DNA from: an uncultured delta proteobacterium
Lineage (GTDB): Bacteria; Desulfobacterota; Syntrophobacteria; Syntrophobacterales; Syntrophobacteraceae
Length of the DNA stretch: 64,000 nt
NCBI GenBank assembly: GCA_963813125.1
Contig: CAWEZA010000054.1
Location: 1-64,000 of the forward strand
Direction of reading: 5' to 3'
Part shown: in pieces, positions 58,350 through 64,000 of the stretch
Numbering within the stretch: position 1 is the first letter of the stretch
How the letters are laid out: every line of letters starts with the position of its first letter
Notes under the pieces: generated by a model
What the model saw: the letters and a program-made list of their open reading frames with translations, nothing else
Told to the model about the DNA's origin: nothing
Databases searched by the model: none
Translations under genes and position numbers: made by a program

Positions 58350-60341
58350 ATGAAGTTTGATCTGGTATGGCTTATCCCGATATTCCCCCTGGTGGGCGTA
58401 TTCATTAACGGCCTGCTGGGCCCAAAGATCGTGAAAAACAACAAGAGCCTGGTGCACTGGATCGCCTGCGGCGCGGTGGGCCTGTCTTTTTTGGTCACGC
58501 TGAGCTTGTTTGTCAAGTTGCTGGGGCTGCCCGCGGATAAGCGTTTATACGATTTCACGTGGTTTTCCTGGATTTCCTCGGGGGTTTTTCACGTGAGCGT
58601 GGGGTACCTGATCGATCCGCTGTCCATGTTCATGTGCATGTTCGTGACCGGGGTGGGGTTTCTCATCCATGTCTATTCGATCGGGTACATGTGGCATGAC
58701 GAGAGCTATTCGCGCTTTTTTACCTATCTTAACCTCTTTATGTTTTCGATGATCACGCTGGTGCTGGCCGACAACTTCCTGTTGATGTTTCTCGGGTGGG
58801 AAGGCGTGGGGCTTTGTTCATACCTGCTGATTTCATTCTGGTTTACCGATCTTGCCAATGCTGTGGCCGGCAAGAAGGCGTTTGTCACAAACAGGGTGGG
58901 AGATTTCTTTTTTGCGGTCGGGTTCCTGCTGCTTCTGACCCACCTTGGAGCGCACGGGATATGGTCGCTTAAATTTACCGATGTGTTCTCGCATGCGTTC
59001 CTGCTTTCCCCCCACATGGTGACCATTATCTGCCTGTTGTTTTTTCTCGGGTGCACCGCCAAATCAGCCCAGATACCTCTCTATATCTGGCTGCCTGACG
59101 CGATGGCCGGCCCGACTCCTGTCAGCGCCCTTATCCATGCCGCCACGATGGTGACCGCGGGTGTCTATTTTGTTTCGCGCTGCAATGTGCTCTATTCAAT
59201 GTCGCCTTTCGCCATGGAGGTTGTCGCCACGGTAGGCGCACTTACCGCACTTCTTGCGGCATCGATTGCCATAACCCAGAACGACATCAAGAAGGTGCTT
59301 GCCTACTCGACTGTAAGCCAGTTGGGCTACATGTTTTTGGGGCTTGGGGTGGGGGCGTTTACCGCGGGTCTTTTCCACGTGTTGACGCATTCCTTTTTCA
59401 AGGCTCTGCTCTTTCTGTGTTCCGGTTGCGTGATCCACGCCATGGGCGGCGAACAGGACATGAGGAACATGGGTGGGCTGCGCAAAAAAATGCCGATCAC
59501 TTTTGCGACCATGCTGATAGGCACCCTTGCCATCGCCGGTATTCCAGGGTTTTCCGGGTTTTTCAGCAAGGACGAAATTTTGTGGAAGACTTACAGCAGT
59601 CCGCAGGGGAGCCACTTTTTATGGTTTATCGGCGTGCTCGCCGCGGCCATGACCGCCTTCTACATGTTCCGGTTGATCTTCATGACGTTTTTCAATGAGT
59701 GCAGGGCCTCCGAGGAGGTGCAGCACCATATACACGAAGCGCCCAAATCGATGACCGTCCCACTGATGGTCCTTTCGGTCCTGTCGATTTTCGGAGGTCT
59801 TCTGGGCGTGCCCGCTTCCCTTGGCGGAAGCAATCTTGTCGAGCGTTTCCTCGAACCTGTCCTGGGACTTGGGAAGGAGAAGCTTCTTCAGTCCGCCGGA
59901 GGGCCCGGGTCGATACACCAGGTGGTAGCCGAAACCGCGGTTCATCAGTCGTTTGCCCCGGAATACCGCCTCATGCTCGTTACCACGACTATCGTTTTCA
60001 TCGGTATTCTGGCCTCCTACATCCTGTACATGAAAAAAAGGTCCGTGCCCGGGGTCGTCGCCGAAAAGAACCCTTCCTTCTATCGTTTGCTTCTCAATAA
60101 GTGGTATGTGGATGAGCTCTACGAGAAGGTCTTTTTAAACCCTCTGCACGTGGCAAGCCTTTTTCTGTGGAGGGGAATTGACGTTGTGGTAATCGACGGC
60201 CTTGTCAATTCGACCGGAGCGTTTTTTATGAATTGTGGAACCACGTGGAAAGCTTCTCAGAGCGGTTATGTGCAGCGCTACGCGGTGACTTTCCTGGTTG
60301 GGGTGTTCGTCCTGATAGCATATTACATGTACGTGGGTTGA
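58350..60341 (+). CDS. nuoL: NADH-quinone oxidoreductase subunit L
   Basis: A 663-aa Mrp antiporter-like subunit. Confidence 0.9.
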   Translation: MKFDLVWLIPIFPLVGVFINGLLGPKIVKNNKSLVHWIACGAVGLSFLVTLSLFVKLLGLPADKRLYDFTWFSWISSGVFHVSVGYLIDPLSMFMCMFVTGVGFLIHVYSIGYMWHDESYSRFFTYLNLFMFSMITLVLADNFLLMFLGWEGVGLCSYLLISFWFTDLANAVAGKKAFVTNRVGDFFFAVGFLLLLTHLGAHGIWSLKFTDVFSHAFLLSPHMVTIICLLFFLGCTAKSAQIPLYIWLPDAMAGPTPVSALIHAATMVTAGVYFVSRCNVLYSMSPFAMEVVATVGALTALLAASIAITQNDIKKVLAYSTVSQLGYMFLGLGVGAFTAGLFHVLTHSFFKALLFLCSGCVIHAMGGEQDMRNMGGLRKKMPITFATMLIGTLAIAGIPGFSGFFSKDEILWKTYSSPQGSHFLWFIGVLAAAMTAFYMFRLIFMTFFNECRASEEVQHHIHEAPKSMTVPLMVLSVLSIFGGLLGVPASLGGSNLVERFLEPVLGLGKEKLLQSAGGPGSIHQVVAETAVHQSFAPEYRLMLVTTTIVFIGILASYILYMKKRSVPGVVAEKNPSFYRLLLNKWYVDELYEKVFLNPLHVASLFLWRGIDVVVIDGLVNSTGAFFMNCGTTWKASQSGYVQRYAVTFLVGVFVLIAYYMYVG

Positions 60342-60370
60342 GACTCTTGATGTATCGCGGGAGCAAATAG

Positions 60371-61990
<1,620 letters not shown>

Positions 61991-62048
61991 TCTAGATATC
62001 GGATGTGACAAACCGCGCCGACGGTTGTTTTAATCCTGGAGGAACCGA

Positions 62049-63530
62049 ATGGAGACGTTTAAAGTTATTCTGCCGGCGACCGATTACGTGGCTGTCCTGC
62101 CGCAGATAGTTCTCATTGCGACCGCATTGATCATCCTTATGCTGGGTGTTGTAAAAAAGCTTGCCAATGGTTCGGTGATTGGAAATACGGCCCTTGCGGG
62201 GTCGGCGCTCTCACTTGCCTGCGTTCTGCTCTTCGGTCGCCACGTGGCCCCGTCCTCATCTTTTGCCGGGATGGTTCTTGACGACGGCTTTTCGTTCTTC
62301 CTCAGCCTGGTCATCTGCATCATCATTTTTTTGACCGTCCTGGTGTCGATTAATTACGGAAAGTTTTTCGAAAGCATAAGGTCGGCCGAATATTACGCGC
62401 TGGTTCTTTTTGCCGGTGTTGGCATGATATTTATGGCTACGGCCGGAAACCTTATCCTTCTGTTCGTTGCGCTGGAAACCATGTCGATTTCCATCTACGC
62501 CCTTACCGGATTTCATAAGGACCAGTTGAAGTCGGGGGAGGCCGCGCTTAAATATTTTCTGCTCGGGGCCTTCGGTTCGGCTTTCCTTCTTTATGGGTTT
62601 GCTTTCGTCTACGGGGCTACCGGGAGCCTGGACATCATCAAAATTGCCGATTTTATAAAAGCCCACCCGCAGATTTTGCATTTCAAATTCCTTGTGGCCG
62701 GCTTGGTGTTGATGCTTGCCGGAATCGGCTTCAAGGTATCTATGGTTCCTTTCCACATGTGGACGCCCGATACCTATGAGGGGGCGCCAACCTCCATTAC
62801 CGGGTTCATGGCGACCGGAGTCAAGGCCGCGGCTTTTGCCGCCCTTATCCGGGTGGTGCTCGTCCCGCTCGCGCCTATGCAGCATAGCTGGGCCGGGATC
62901 ATGTGGGTTGCGGTGTTTCTCACCATGACGATTGGAAACATCATTGCCCTCTCCCAGGACAACATCAAGAGGATGCTCGCCTATTCCAGCATAGCCCACG
63001 CCGGCTATATCCTGCTCGGGTTCGTGGCGGGGACCGGCATAGCTCAGGCCGGAATGCTCTATTACCTGATGGTGTACGCCTTCATGAACATAGGGGCCTT
63101 TGCGGTCGTAACACTCCTTTGCAAAAAGGGAGAAGAGTTCAACAGTATCTCGGATTTCGCCGGCCTTGGCTTCAAGTACCCCATCCTTGGGCTTGTCATG
63201 ACCATATTACTTTTCTCGCTTGCCGGCCTTCCGCCTACCGGCGGATTTATGGGAAAATTCTACCTGTTTACCGAAACACTTCGCTCCGGCTACGTCTGGC
63301 TGGTAATTGCGGCGGGCGTAAACAGCGTGATCTCTATTTATTATTACCTGCGCGTTGTGGTGTTAATGTATTTCAACCCCCAGCCTGCTGAAAATGCCAT
63401 TGTGCTTTCCGCGGTCTCACCCGGGATCGTATTTGCGCTGGCGGTGGCGACCACGGCTGTTCTCGTTATGGGTGTATTTCCGTCATTTTTCCTCAAGCTT
63501 GCCGGCAATTCGATCTTTAGCCTTATGTAA
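62049..63530 (+). CDS. nuoN: NADH-quinone oxidoreductase subunit N
   Basis: A 493-aa protein, ND2-like. Confidence 0.9.
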   Translation: METFKVILPATDYVAVLPQIVLIATALIILMLGVVKKLANGSVIGNTALAGSALSLACVLLFGRHVAPSSSFAGMVLDDGFSFFLSLVICIIIFLTVLVSINYGKFFESIRSAEYYALVLFAGVGMIFMATAGNLILLFVALETMSISIYALTGFHKDQLKSGEAALKYFLLGAFGSAFLLYGFAFVYGATGSLDIIKIADFIKAHPQILHFKFLVAGLVLMLAGIGFKVSMVPFHMWTPDTYEGAPTSITGFMATGVKAAAFAALIRVVLVPLAPMQHSWAGIMWVAVFLTMTIGNIIALSQDNIKRMLAYSSIAHAGYILLGFVAGTGIAQAGMLYYLMVYAFMNIGAFAVVTLLCKKGEEFNSISDFAGLGFKYPILGLVMTILLFSLAGLPPTGGFMGKFYLFTETLRSGYVWLVIAAGVNSVISIYYYLRVVVLMYFNPQPAENAIVLSAVSPGIVFALAVATTAVLVMGVFPSFFLKLAGNSIFSLM

Positions 63531-63587
63531 TCGCACGGTTGTTGGTTTTCCCGCATTATTGAGAAAATATCCGGTTCGGCTGTGTCT

Positions 63588-63623
63588 TAGCCGCCCCGCC
63601 CCCCCAAGGGGCGGGGCGGGATT
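63588..63623 (+). terminator. GC-rich palindromic hairpin downstream of nuoN (terminator-like, no U-tract)
   Basis: CCGCCCCGCCCC-CCCAAG-GGGCGGGGCGG. Confidence 0.3.
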
Positions 63624-63775
63624 GTCACAGCCGCATCTGTCTTGATCCAGCCATCGCACAAAACACTTCTCAAGACTGGACATCCTTTCCCGATCCCCGT
63701 ATTATTCGTTAAACCCTGTAGACGGCGCTCATTCGGAGACTTACATCCAGTGGTTGAATAAAAGGAGAAAATGCG

Positions 63776-64000
63776 ATGGCGATCATTACTATTTCCAGGG
63801 GGTCATACAGCCGGGGCAAAGAAGTGGCGGAGAAGGTGGCTGAAAAGCTTGGTTACCAGTGCATAGCCCGCGAGGTGATTCTCGAAGCTTCAAAAGAGTT
63901 CAATATTCCAGAAATCAGGCTTGTCAAAGCCGTTCATGACGCCCCTTCCATTCTCGAAAGATTTTCCTACGGCAAGGAGAAATTCATCGCATACTTCCAA
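63776..64000 (+). CDS. Cytidylate kinase-like family protein (5' partial at window end)
   Basis: The RBS is AAAAGGAGAAAA. MAIITISRGSYSRGKEVAEKVAEKLGY...IPEIRLVKAVHDAPS is typical of the cytidylate-kinase-like (AAA_18-like) family. Confidence 0.6.
   Translation, partial: MAIITISRGSYSRGKEVAEKVAEKLGYQCIAREVILEASKEFNIPEIRLVKAVHDAPSILERFSYGKEKFIAYFQ

Overview
This is a high-GC bacterial chromosome segment with several apparent single-base frameshifts, so the assembly probably carries some indel errors. It has four parts. (1) Positions 1-16.8 kb: the right-hand portion of a decaying temperate prophage on the minus strand. It carries portal-like fragments, a frameshifted terminase large subunit, a terminase small subunit, a Mu Gam-like protein, an ERF annealing protein, a replication-like gene with internal iterons, a Cro/CI-type switch, a multiply frameshifted PIF1-like helicase, RelE/RHH toxin-antitoxin genes and a tyrosine integrase. 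It ends at a tRNA-Glu(UUC) 3' fragment (att site) followed by an intrinsic terminator. (2) Positions 16.8-25.2 kb: a small accessory island next to the att site. It holds a pseudogenised paralog of a prophage gene, a Cys-rich tandem-repeat secreted peptide, a Uma2-family gene, and the most interesting feature, a compact RiPP-like cluster. That cluster has a sigma70-like promoter, a 53-aa Cys-rich precursor peptide, an intrinsic terminator/attenuator, two tandem paralogous radical SAM/SPASM maturases, and a convergent SPFH membrane protein. (3) Positions 25.6-52.6 kb: an acyl-CoA (glutaryl-CoA-type) dehydrogenase, PilZ, FtsK, then a ~21-kb Wzx/Wzy-type polysaccharide locus. The locus includes a frameshifted heparinase II/III-like gene, a flippase, four GT4 glycosyltransferases, a methyltransferase, two deacetylases, a Wzy-like polymerase, oxidoreductases, DUF354, WecB, a WbaP-like initiating transferase, and an OmpA-like lipoprotein. 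(4) Positions 53.3-63.5 kb: an 11-subunit complex I operon (nuoABCDHIJKLMN) with no nuoEFG genes and an apparent frameshift in nuoD. A partial cytidylate-kinase-like gene follows at the window end.
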